Positions 26,991-39,207 of a stretch of 64,000 bases of DNA are shown here, in pieces. Location of the stretch: positions 14,322,001 through 14,386,000 of the forward strand of contig OZ024742.1 of assembly GCA_964016885.1 (NCBI GenBank). The letters are read 5' to 3'. The first letter of the stretch is position 1; the number at the start of each line of letters is the position of its first letter. The notes below the pieces were generated by a model, which saw only the letters and a list, made by a program, of their open reading frames with translations, did not search any database and was not told where the DNA came from. The position numbers were made by a program, and so were the translations under genes. The stretch comes from Eledone cirrhosa. Its lineage: Eukaryota.

Positions 26991-27549
26991 GTACTTGTAT
27001 CGAATTATTTCACCCAAATCTGAGATGCTATAAGCCATGATGGCTACCCCTCCCTCTCTCTCTCAAAGCCACCTATCCCCTGTCTATTACCTCCCTTGTC
27101 TCTTCCATTCATTCTTCATTCATCTCAAGGTTTTTCACAAGATCAGACACACTTGAGGCTAAAATGAATCACTAGAACAAACTGCTAAACCATATTCCTG
27201 CCATCCATTCATACATCTCAGGTATCTCTCATCCCCAATTGCAAATGTTCCTCTCACACTATTATTATTATTATTATTACTGTTGTTTATCATTTCGCTG
27301 GCCTTCACAACACACATTTATTCTTTACCCTTGTTTTCCACACGTTGGCTATTATGACTGTCTCTATGGATGTCATCTATCCCCCTTACCTCCCTTCCTC
27401 TCTCTCTTTTTGAGGTTCACGAAGGTAGCTGAACATCTTCAAAATCCTAACATATTCGCCTTGTCTAATATACGCACTTGTATCGGATTATTTCACCCAA
27501 ATCTCCTGAAATGCTATAAGCCATGATGGCTACCTATTTCCCAATCCCC

Positions 27550-27582
<33 letters not shown>

Positions 27583-27929
27583 ACACCACCATAGCCTATT
27601 CGACCAATCAAACCTCAGCAACATGTGTAAACCCCCCCCCCCCATTACCAACCCCAACAAACTCTGCCATTACTACTACTACCTTTCTTCTCGCCCTTAC
27701 CAGCCCCAACAAACCCTGCCATCATTACCACCACTGTTCTTCTAGCCCTGAATTCTATTACCGTTATGTATGGATCAGCTGAGAATAAATGGAGCAATCC
27801 CGAATTAATAAATGAATATGAATCCGCGAGTTACCAATCACCCATGCAAAGCTTTAATTTCAGAGACAGGAAGCATACACACACACCCGCAAAAATCTAC
27901 CCTTTCCCACGAATGTTGGCAAATGCCCA

Positions 27930-30848
27930 AAAATCCGAGTTGGAACCATCAATGTAAGCATAATGAAAGGAAGAGCAGGAGAAATCGTAGAGATGCTAGA
28001 GTGAAAGGAAATTGATGCATGATGTGTGCAAGAGACTAGATGGAGGGGAGAGTCTGCTAGAGTCCTTGTAGGAAAAAGTCAGTGTTACAAATTCTGGGTG
28101 GGAAATGACAATGGAATGGGTGGTGTAGGTATCCTACTAGCTGACAAATGGGTAGATAAGGTAATCTCAGGGAACAGGGTGAATGCAAGAATCATTAAAC
28201 TCAGACTAGTCCTGAATAAAACAATTACTACAATAATATCAGCTTACGCACCCCAATCGGGGTTGCCAGACGAACTTAAGGGCAGGTTTTACGAGTCCCT
28301 AATGCACACTACTGCTCTAACAAACGACAATGACTTCCTAATCATTGCAGGAGATTTCAACGGACACGTAGGTAAACACTGTGATGACTGCTATAGAGTC
28401 CATGGAGGCCATGGGGTTGGCACAAGAAATGAAGAAGGCTTCAGGCTTCTAGAATTCTGCGACGCCAATGACATGTCGATATGTAACACAAACTTCAAAA
28501 AACCCAACAACCATCTGATCACCTATAGATCAGGGGAGCATTCTAGTCAGATAGATTTTATCCTCATCAGAGGACATGACAGATGGATGGTCGTAAACAC
28601 AAAAGCCTTCCCTAGTGAGGAATGTACCGCCCAACATAGCTTAGTTGTCAGCGACCTCACGGTCAGAACTACACGAACCTGGAAACAGAGGCCAACCTGG
28701 AGAAGAAAGATCTGGAATCTGAAAGACACCTCAGCCAGTAAAAGATTTAAAGATATTTTACTTGATGCCTATGACAGTAAAGAAGAACAGGTAGAGACAT
28801 TCATGTAGAAGAACACTGGGAGTTCCTAAAAATTAACTTACTAGAAGCGACGGATGAGATCTGTGGCTGGAGTCAGACCACAGGCAGGAGGAGAGTGACT
28901 TGGTGGTGGAACAATAAGGTAGATGAGGCAGTTAAGGCCAAGAGACAGGCATGGAAAGAATGGAAGAACGGGGGAAGCAGGGTACATTACATAGAGAGCA
29001 AGAAGGAAGCTAGGCAACAAGTATACTTAGCAAGGAGGGAAGCAGAGGATAGAAAATTCAAGCATGTTTTGCAACGTGAGGACCAGAAACAGGAGGTGTT
29101 CAAGATTGCGAGGCAGTGTGTCAGAGAGAATTGTGATGTCATTGGAGAGAAGTGTATCCGGAATGATAAAGGTGAGCTTGCCCTCACAAATGCTGAGAAG
29201 AAAGATGCATGGAAGAGCCATTATGATAGATTACTAAATGAGGAGAATGCATGGGAAGAAGAGACCCTATAGAGGGGCCAGCAGTACAAGTCAGTAGCAG
29301 CGTAGTAAGTAAGGCAATCAAAGATATGAAGATGGGGAAGGCAACCGGTCCATCGGGTATAGCTGCCGAGATGCTGAAGGCATCTGGGTCTGTAGGTCAC
29401 ACTATAACCACACGTATTGTTAACCAGGTAATACTAAAGGGTGTCATACCAAAGGATTGGTGCAGCAGCATCATTGTCAACTGCTACAAGGTTAAAGGTG
29501 ATGCACTAGATAGAGGAAACTATAGAGGTATAAAGCTGATGGACCAGGTCATGAAAGTAACAGAAAGAGTTGTAGCACAGTTGATTAGGGACTGGGTGAA
29601 ACTAGAAGAGATGCAATTTGGGTTTGGCACCACTGATATCCTCTTCCTTGTGAGGCAGTTACAGGAAAAGTACCTAGCTAAAAGTAAGCCACTCTACCTG
29701 GCATTCGTCGATCTGGAGAAAGCCTTTGACAGAATTCCCCGTGCTATAATCTGGTGGGCTCTTAGTAAACTAGCAGTAGATGAATGGCTTGTGAAAGCTG
29801 TACAAGCCATGTATAGGGGAGCAGTCAGCAAAGTTAGGATTAGCAATAACTCGCACTTATAGCTGAATCTATGGTAGAACTAGAGAAGAAATTCCAAACA
29901 TGGAAGCAGGGACTAGAAAGAAAAGGTCTCAAGTCAACCTGACAAAGACTAAGGTCCTTGTAAGTAGACGACAAAACAGAACTCAGATCCCCTCAGGGAA
30001 ATGGCCTTGCTCAGTATGTAGGAAAGGTGTAGGTAGGAACTCCATCCTCTGCCCCAAATGCAAACAATGGGTTCACAAGAGAAGTAGTGGGATCTCAGGA
30101 GGCGTAACTAAGAATGTAGGCTTCACATGTAGCAGTGAACAGCAATGTTACATGGTAGTGAGACCTGGGCGCTGTCCGTAGAAGACTTGCGTAGATTAGA
30201 AAGAAACGAAGCCTGCATGCTCCGATGGATGTGTAATAGTAATATACGCGAACGGCAAAACATAAATGAATTGAGAGAAAGACTGAGCATAAGAGGAATC
30301 AAATGCTGTGTGCAGGAGAGGCGGTTGCGTTGGTATGGACATGTGATGCGTATGAAGGATGACAGCTGCAAAAAAAGGTGCAGAACACTAGAAGTCGAAG
30401 GAAAGTGGGGAGTCCCAAGAAGACCTGGGACGAGGTGATAAAAGCCGACCTTACCCAATTACACCTCTCAAAGGCGATGACACACGATCGTGACCTCTGG
30501 CGTCACGCAGTAATACAGAATTCCCCATCCCCCACGGGTACAAGCCGAAGCTGAAGCATATAGACAATATGCCACCACCCCCTGCCATTGCAAAGTGGTC
30601 GTGGAGGTGCTACAGCAAAAAAGCACGCAGATCACACTGTAAAGTGGACGTGTAGGCGCCATGGAAAAAAAGCACCCAGCACTCACTGTAAATGAGGTTG
30701 GTGTTAGGAGGGCATCCAGCTGTAGAAATCAAGCCAGAATCAGTTCCCGTATGAGCAAGACAAGGTCAGCCGACTGGACATTGCCCACAACAGGACAACC
30801 CATTTAACCCATGCTAGTGTGGAAGAACGGACATAAAACGGTGATGAT
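27930..30848 (+). mobile_element. RTE-clade LINE, near full ORF but degenerate
   Basis: APE endonuclease (VGTINV, QETRW, SAYAPQ, GDFNGHVG, IDFIL), RT (NYRGIKL, FVDLEKAFD), C4HC3 finger and RLRWYGHV. Stops and frameshifts are present. An internal deletion near 29850 removes the QG/YADD region. Ends in (GAT)n. Confidence 0.95.
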
Positions 30849-30969
30849 ATATATACTTCATCGGCTGTTGTTTTTTGTTTACTTTTCACACATTTAGAGA
30901 GAGAAGGGGTAGAAAGAGAACTCAAATCCTAGTTTCAACCAACACCCACTAGTATAGATATCCACGACA

Positions 30970-31006
<37 letters not shown>

Positions 31007-31200
31007 CGTTTCTGAATTTGTTTAGCAAGATTCTTTATCTGAAATCGTGTTGAAACCGATATTGTTATACTTTGGGAGAGTCATGTTGCCAATAAGAAAC
31101 ACACGCACCAGTTGCTTTCACTTCAATTTATTATATATCTATAAATTTACAAATTTCTGGTTGGTTGGTTGGTTCCACAACCAGATAGTTGTTTATATAT

Positions 31201-31245
31201 AGTCATAGTCCTTTCGTCACACACTCTGTGACCTCTTCAGTGACT
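31201..31245 (-). ncRNA. Minimal type I hammerhead ribozyme (inverted copy)
   Basis: Reverse complement of the 31524-31568 motif. Confidence 0.7.
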
Positions 31246-31523
31246 GGGGATTCCTTTCTTTGTTTCTGTGCCTCCCCTTTGTTCTGTCCTACGCCATTTT
31301 GTTTCTGTGTGTGTGTGTGTTGTGTGCTCAGTTTGCGCATGCGCCACATCCGGGTGTCTGTGTGTGTTTATGTTCATTTATCTATTTGTTTATTTATTTA
31401 TTTATTTACATGTTATTGGTTGGTTGTTTGTTCTATGCAAACTGAGCACACAACACACACACAGAAACAAAATGGCGTAGGACAGAACAAAGGAGAGGCA
31501 CAGAAACAAAATAAGGAATCCCC

Positions 31524-31568
31524 AGTCACTGAAGAGGTCACAGAGTGTGTGACGAAAGGACTATGACT
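31524..31568 (+). ncRNA. Minimal type I hammerhead ribozyme
   Basis: AGUCA-CUGAAGA-G-GUCACA(gagug)UGUGAC-GAAA-ggac-UA^UGACU. Stem I is AGUCA/UGACU; stem III is a single pair with a near-palindromic loop. Confidence 0.72.
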
Positions 31569-31581
31569 ATATATATATATA

Positions 31582-32502
31582 TCTAATATATGTTTGTGAA
31601 ATGGGTGGTGGTTGAAATTTAGTTGTGCACGGTTAAATGGTAGTAGACGTGGTCGGACTGACATGAAAATTTACACACCTATGTAAAAAGTGCCAAGGAA
31701 GCAAATAGACGAGGTTTCAAATCTCTAATTTGAAAAATGTGGTCCCTAGGGCCCTCAAACGGTCTATTTACTATCACTTCCGGTGAGTTATTTCCTCGTT
31801 CTAATATTTGGATGAGTTATTTTCCGTAGTCGCTTTCAATATTCATTTTTACAATTTCATACAAATTTTTAAACTCATCAACTTTTCATAACATATCAAA
31901 CACAACGTTCTCTCGCTGTTTTTGAAAAATATTATTGAAAATTTATTATAAAGAAGCAGTTTCAGGAAAAAAAATAGAAATATGCACTTGGGGCTGGACG
32001 GCGTACAATGAGGAGTGGAGGGGCTGGACGGCGTACAATGAGGAGTGGAGGGGCTGGACGGCGTACAATGAGAAGTGGAGTGACGTGAAAAGCGTTGTTT
32101 ATTAACAGCGAAATAGCAATGTCGATGATATGCAAGTTTGAAAATGCAGATTATGAAGGTTTGTATGATAGTTTACACTTTGATTGCCCTGGTCAGCAAG
32201 AGGGGCCTCTATATATTAGACGTTAACGATCATACAGTACCGTTTTATGAAATCGATTCTGCAGTAGAATTTTACGAAATGCCAAACCGAAAAAGGTCAC
32301 TGTTTTCTAACAAAAGAAATAAAACCCTTACATTGCGAACCCCCTGTTCTAATACTGGGGTTAGTTATTTCCCCCTCTTCTAATAAACGTCTAATATATA
32401 GAGGCCCTGAAACTGCTTCTTTATAATAAACTTTCAATAATATTTTTCAAATTATTAACTTAATAAAAAGTGGCCCCGGGTGCAACCGGGCTCAGCTGCT
32501 AG
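31582..32502 (+). mobile_element. Non-autonomous Helitron
   Basis: 5' TC, 3' hairpin cccgg-gtgcaa-ccggg (32475-32490) then CTAG (32499-32502), inserted at A|T. Contains three 30-bp tandem repeats (31990-32080) and internal inverted segments. Confidence 0.8.
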
Positions 32503-32553
32503 TATATATATATATATACATATATACTAACATATATATGTATATACACACAT

Positions 32554-32598
<45 letters not shown>

Positions 32599-32612
32599 CT
32601 AATATATATATG

Positions 32613-32705
<93 letters not shown>

Positions 32706-33015
32706 AGATATATAGTAGTCTAACCCATGCTAGCATGGAAAGTGGACGTTAAACGAGGATGATGATGATGATGATAGTATTATATTTCATGACACCTTTA
32801 TAAAAATCCTTTCTCACTTGGCTGTTAACCTAACAGGACAGTTTCCATAATTCAATTGTTAAAAATGTCATCTGAAACAATCATAAATAATAAATGATTA
32901 ACATTTTTATTGTTTTCTTATCATTATTGCTGTTGTTATCGCTGTTGCTGTCGTTTATAATTTTTTATATTAATGTTAATGATAATGAATAAATTATATA
33001 CATATATAATGATGA

Positions 33016-33069
<54 letters not shown>

Positions 33070-33157
33070 TTAAAAGTTAAACAAGGTTCAATGAATACAT
33101 CAAAGAATGAGTTTACAATAGATTGGAAGCACTAAACAGGAAGGTTTTGCGGACTTC

Positions 33158-35790
33158 ATCATCACCGTTTTACGTCCGTTCTTCCACGCTAGCATGGGTT
33201 AGACGGGTTGTCCTGTTGTGGGCAGTGTCTGGTCGGCTGACCATGCCTTGCTCATACAGGAACTGATCTGGCTTGATTTCTACAGCTGGATGTCCTTCCT
33301 AACACCAACCTCATTTACAGTGAGTGCTGGGTGCTTTTTTCCGTGGCGCCTACACGTCCACTTTACAGTGTGGGCTGGGTGCTTTTTTGCCGTGGCACCT
33401 CCACGACCACCTTGCGGTGGGGGGTGTGGGGGCATATTGTTTATATACTTCAGCTTGTACCCATGGGAGGTCGGGTACTCTGTATTACTGCGTGACGCCA
33501 GAGGTCACGGTCGTGTGTCATCGCCTTTGAGAAGTGTAATTGGGTATGGTCGGTTTTTATCACCTCATCCCAGGTCATCTTGGGTCTCCCCACTCCGCGG
33601 TTTCCATTGACTTCTAGTGCTCTGCACCTTTTTATGTAGCTGTCATCCTTCATATGCATCACATGTCCATACCAACGCAACTTCCTCTCCTGAACACAGC
33701 ATTTGATTCCTCTTATGCTCAGTCTCTCTCTCAATTCATTTATGCTTTGCCGTTCGCGTATATTACTATTACACATCCATCGGAGCATGCAGGCTTCGTT
33801 TCTTTCTAATCTACGTAAGTCTTCCACCTTCAGCGCCCAGGTCTCACTACCATGTAACATTGGTGTTCGGATACACGCATCATACAGTCTGCCTTTCATT
33901 TTGAGGGAGAAGCCTTTTGCAGCTAGCAGTGGCAGTAGTTCCCTGAACCTCATCCATCCCTAGTTATTGTACTTTCTTACCCTAGTTATTGTACTTTCTG
34001 AACACCCACCTCCGCTGCTAATTCGGTCACCTAGGTAGCAGAAGCTGTCTACTGTTCCTACAGAGCCCTCCCAGAGATTGGTGGTACTTGTTTCCTGTGG
34101 CTGTTTGCTGCTTGCTGTCCCAGCACAACTGCTACATGTGAAGCCTACATTCTTAATTAAGCTTCCTGAGATCCCGTACATCTCTTGTGTACCCATTGTT
34201 TGCATTTGGGGCAGAGAATGGAGTTCCTACCTACACGTTTCCTACATACTGAGCAACGCCATTTCCCTGAGGGGATCTGGGGTCTGTTTTCTCGTCTACT
34301 TACAAGGACCTTAGTCTTTGTCATGTTGACTTTGAGACGCTTTCTTTCTAGTCCCTGCTTCCAAGTTTGGAATTTATTCTCTAGTTCTACCATAGATTCA
34401 GCTATAAGTGCGAGGTCATCTGCATATAGGAGTTCCCATGGGCATCCGGTCTTAAACTCCTCCGTTATTGCCTGCAGGACTATGATGAACATGAGAGGGC
34501 TAAGAACAGAGCCATGGCGGACACGAACCTGTACGCTAAATTCCTCGCTATACTCATTGCTAATCCTAACTTTGCTGACTGCTCCCCTATACATGGCTTG
34601 TACAGCTTTCACAAGCCATTCATCTACTCCTAGTTTTCTAAGAGCCCACCAGATTATAGCACGTGGAACTCTGTCAAAGGCTTTCTCGAGATCGACGAAT
34701 GCCAGGTAGAGTGGCTTACTTTTAGCTAGGTACTTTTCCTGTAACTGCCTCACAAGGAAGAGGGCATCAGTGGTGCCTCTTCCTGGTACAAACCCAAATT
34801 GCATCTCATCTAGTTTCACCCAGTCCCTAATCAACTGTGCTATAACTCTTTTTATTACTTTCATGACCTGGTCCATCAGCTTTATACCTCTATAGTTTCC
34901 TCTATCTAGTGCATCACCTTTACCTTTGTAGCAGTTGACAATGATGCTTCTGCACCAATCTTTTGGTATGACACCTTCTAGTATTACCTGGTTAACAATA
35001 CGTGTGGTTATAGTGTGACCTACAGACCCAGATGCCTTCAGCATCTCGGCAGCTATACCCGATGGACCGGTTGCCTTCCCCATCTTCATATCTTTGATTG
35101 CTTTACTTACTACGCTGCTGCTGACTTGTACTGCTGGCCCCTCTATAGGGTCTACTTGGGGTAGGGTCTCTTCTTCCCATGCATTCTCCTCATTTAATAA
35201 TCTATCATAATGGCTCTTCCATGCATCTTTCTTCTCAGCACTTGTGAGGGCAAGCTCACCATTATCATTCCGGATACACTTCTCTCCAATGACATCACAA
35301 TTCTCTGACACACTGCCTCGCAATCTTGAACACCTCCTGTTTCTGGTCCTCACGTTGCAAAACATGCTTTAATTTTCTATCCTCTGCTTCCCTCCTTGCT
35401 AAGTATACTTGTCGCCTAGCTTCCCTCTTGCTCTCTATGTAATGTACCCTGCTTCCCCCGTTCTTCCATTCTTTCCATGCCTGTCTCTTGGCCTTAACTG
35501 CCTCATCTACCTTATTGTTCCACCACCAAGTCACTCTCCTCCTGCTTGTGGTCTTACTCCAGCTACAGACCTCATCCGTCGCCTCTAGTAAGTTATTTTT
35601 TAGGAACTCCCAGTGCTCTTCTACATTGAATGTCTCTATCTGTTCTTGTTTACTGCCATAGGCGTTGAGTAAAATATCTTTAAATCTGTTACTGGCCGAG
35701 GGGTCTTTCAGCTTCCAGATCTTTCTTTTCCAGGTTGGCCTCTGTTTCCAGGTTCGTCTAGTTCTGACTGTGAGGTCACTGACGATGTTG
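33158..35790 (-). mobile_element. RTE LINE, 5'-truncated
   Basis: ORF 34157-35365 has an RT with LLYADDL. Frameshifted upstream and downstream ORF pieces and the RTE 3' UTR are present. Confidence 0.95.
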
Positions 35791-35946
35791 ATGATATATA
35801 TATATATATGTGTGTGTGTAAAAATCAAGCCAGAATCGGTTCCTGTATGAGCAAGACAAGGTCAGCCAACATGACACTGCCCACAACAGGACAACCCATC
35901 TAACCCATGCTAACGTGGAAGAACGGACGTGTGATGATGATGATGA

Positions 35947-35990
<44 letters not shown>

Positions 35991-36017
35991 TAGCATGGAA
36001 AAATGGACAAATGATGA

Positions 36018-36063
<46 letters not shown>

Positions 36064-36071
36064 ATATATAT

Positions 36072-36759
36072 ATGTAAGTATGTATGTATACGTACATACA
36101 TATATGTATACAGACGTACAGTAGCATGCATATATATATATATATATATATATACATACAGGTACACATACATATATGTACGTATCAGTTTAGCGGACGC
36201 TTATTATAGCGCCCGCTTTGTTCGTTTGTAAACAAACTGAACAGCCTGAATTTATGCCTTACGGTGTTAAGGCAACCACGTCATCTTTTTGTTCAACACT
36301 GAGTGAGAAATGAAATTTAAGAGTGAGAAATGAAATTTCATTTCATTCTATTCCATTTTATCGTTTTCGGTGCGCCTGGCCGACTGAACTCACTCGATAT
36401 GCAAATTAGGCTGCTCACCCGTTAATTTTCATAAGGAAAGTATATACTTTCGAACGTTAAACCATCTGGCAGAAGGGTATACGGTGCTGATGATAGCTAA
36501 CAAGCTTGAAACTAGTACATCGTTCCTGTGTCAGTGTTGAACAAAAAGGTGACGTGGTTGCCTTAACACCATACGGCATAAATTCAGGCTGTTCAGTTTG
36601 TTTACAAACGAACAAAGCGGGCGCTATAATAAGCGTCCGCTAAACTGATACGTACATATATGTATATATGTATGTGTACCTGTATGTATATATATATATA
36701 TGCATGCTACTGTACGTCTGTATACATATATGTATGTACGTATACATACATACTTACAT
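36072..36759. mobile_element. Fold-back element with a hammerhead in the loop
   Basis: Arms 36072-36302 and 36531-36759 are near-perfect inverted copies, embedded in (TA)n. Confidence 0.88.
36481..36523 (+). ncRNA. Minimal type I hammerhead ribozyme
   Basis: ACGGUG-CUGAUGA-U-AGCU(aaca)AGCU-U-GAAA-CUAG-UA^CAUCGU. 6-bp stem I, palindromic stem III ACUAGU, GUA cleavage triplet. Confidence 0.85.
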
Positions 36760-36816
36760 TTAAGTAAGTGCCGTACTAAGAGTGAGAAATGAAATTTCGT
36801 TTTCGTTTTATTACAA

Positions 36817-36857
<41 letters not shown>

Positions 36858-36860
<3 letters not shown>

Positions 36861-37273
36861 GATAAATCTACCAAAAGTTTACGGTAGTGTCCAATCCGTA
36901 TGAAGAACTCAATGTAATCCGGATATCATGGAAAGAAGAGATGCATTCAAAAATCACTTTCGGTGAAAGATAAACGGAATACAGAGTCAAGATAAAATAT
37001 TAAAAAAATAATGAATAAAACAATGAAACAGTTCCTTTTGTTGTTATTATCAATAAATATACTTCATTATTTCTGAAGACGGCATATGTATGTGTTGGTA
37101 TGTATATTCTATTTGATAGTTTGTATAATTTTGTATAATTTTGTACATAGATCTGTTGAATATGCATGCCAATTCTAACACATATATGTCCTAGAAACGA
37201 TCGTTAAATAATGAACTTTTTTTGTTTAATATAAGGAACTGTTTCATTGTTTTATTCTTTATTCATTATTTTT

Positions 37274-37283
<10 letters not shown>
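36858..37283. mobile_element. Fold-back PLE-like element with a long-stem-II hammerhead
   Basis: Arms ~36997-37036 and ~37233-37281 are inverted. The left arm continues into a minus-strand tail. Flanked by (TA)n. Confidence 0.75.
37063..37215 (+). ncRNA. Type I hammerhead ribozyme with ~115-nt stem II
   Basis: UUCAUUAUUU-CUGAAGA-[long hairpin]-GAAAC-GAUC-GUU^AAAUAAUGAA. Perfect 10-bp stem I and palindromic stem III. Confidence 0.8.
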
Positions 37284-37331
<48 letters not shown>

Positions 37332-37333
<2 letters not shown>

Positions 37334-37640
37334 AGGCACATGGCTTAGTGGTTAGAGCATTGGCCTTGCAATTCTCAGACTGAGTGATGTGTTGTTTCCT
37401 TGAACGAGACACTTTATTTCACATTGCTCCAGTTTACTCACCTGTAGAAATGAGATGATAGGGACTGCGGTCCCTATCATTCCACTGCAAAGTGGTCGTG
37501 TAGGTGCCACGGCAAAAAAGCACCCAACACTCACTGTAAATGAGGTTGGTGTTAGGAAGGGCATCCAGCTGTAGAAATCAAGCCAGAATCAGTTCCCGTC
37601 CTACCCTTGCAAGCAGGGAAAAGCGGACGTAAAATGAAAT
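37332..37640 (+). mobile_element. tRNA-headed SINE with RTE 3' tail
   Basis: Head ggaggcacatggcttagtggttagagc (A box). Tail gaggttggtgttaggaagggcatccagctgtagaaatcaagcc is shared with the RTE LINE 3' UTR. Confidence 0.85.
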
Positions 37641-38029
37641 GATATATATATAAAGATGCAAGTTAACAGCACCAGGAAATAAACAAGAGTATTTTACTTG
37701 ATTTTCTCTATTATTTATAGTGATCGACTGTTATTACAGTAATTTTCTCTGTTGGGACATTCATATTTCAGACCGATATGTTTAAAAAAGCTGGTAAAAT
37801 GCAGTAGAAATACATAATGTACAAAGGATGATAAATAAAACAAAACAAAGTAATGTTTTACCCAGTATATTTAACATATTTCGGGGCTAGAACTCCCTTT
37901 TCAAATGTGGAGCAGAAATGGTTCAAAACAAAAACAAAAGCAAAAACAAAAATATATTTATATTTCAATTTTCAAATCTCCCAAATCTTTTGTAAGTCAA
38001 AAGATTTACACTCACAAATAATAATAATA

Positions 38030-38237
38030 ATGAAATTATTGTGTACAGTGCTCAGGTGCACTACAACTCATCAAAAGTGCATGTATAGTACATAGAATTA
38101 ACATACAAATGTCAGGGAAGTGAATAGTGTATGAGTCATGATATACATATGTGTGTGTGTATGGAGGGGGAATATTAGGTGTAGTGTTGGTGAATCTCAG
38201 GAAGCATGGAGGTTTTAAAGGATGCAGTGTCTCGACA
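38030..38237 (-). mobile_element. CR1-type LINE 3' UTR fragment
   Basis: Inverted homologue of 24440-24640. Confidence 0.75.
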
Positions 38238-39155
38238 TACACACATATATACACACACACATTCTTTTCTATATATATACAGATATAACTTTATCATATA
38301 TTTTGACTGTTCAGTGCACAACTTAATATATATCTTAATTAACTCCCAACAATAATAATATGCAAATTAGTACATCCATTTCAGGATACTGCTACAAGTG
38401 ATAGGGTTTATAATCCTCTCGAATATATATTAACTGGTGCTTGTTTAGATGATGTCTTCTAATGAAGGTCAAATTAGGCGTGAAAACCAATTAAAATTAA
38501 TAGCAGGGGTCGATAGGATCAGTTAAATGAAGGTGGTGCTCCAGCATGGCCACAGTTTAATGAATATATGGGGAGAGGGTTCCAGTTAGAATGAGAAAGA
38601 GTTATTTTGTTGTAAAGAAAGGAATATTTAAAAGAAAACAGAGAGAGAGGGGTGAGGTAGAAAGGAATAGAGAGTGTGAGAGTGAGAGGGGGTAGAGGTG
38701 TATGAGAGAGAGGGGGGAGAGATGTGAGAGAGAGAGAAGGGGGATAGAGGTGTGTGAGAGAGAGAGGGGGGGATAGAGGTGTGTGAGAAAAAGAGAGAAC
38801 AGAAACAAACCCAGTAAACAATATCTAGGACTAAGTGAGAACAATTCCTATGACTAAAGTGGAAGCAATTATAGATCTATTGATCTATTGAACAGGCGCT
38901 CGATACAAAAGAAGTGTTAAGAGTTGACAGTATGGCAGCATAAATATTGCATGAGCAAATTATTTCAATGTATTCTTCTTCTACTTAATATGGCGGCCAC
39001 GCTTGGTAGCTTCTTTGTTATCAGAGCCATTAACTTATAAGAATGGCTCTAAAATAATTGAGTTAATATGACAACTGGACGACTGGACAACTAACAGATC
39101 ACACCAGTTAGTGACCGCTCACTAACACTTCATTGTGTGGATATATAACTAGGAG

Positions 39156-39207
39156 GGCTTTCCTGATGATTTCTTTTGAATGAAACAGTTCTATTCCTGT
39201 AGAAGTC
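39156..39207 (+). ncRNA. Type I hammerhead ribozyme
   Basis: ggcuuuc-CUGAUGA-UUUC(uuuu)GAAU-GAAA-CAG(uucuauuc)CUG-UA^gaaguc. Truncated or decayed relatives at 25373-25420 and ~40225-40330. Confidence 0.72.

Larger units (their letters stand above)
31195..31574. mobile_element. Fold-back element with a minimal hammerhead at each outer end
   Basis: Arms ~31195-31336 and ~31437-31574 are inverted copies, flanked by (TA)n. Confidence 0.85.

Noticed and set aside
37332-37400. tRNA gene
   Set aside because: SINE head without a complete cloverleaf or B box.
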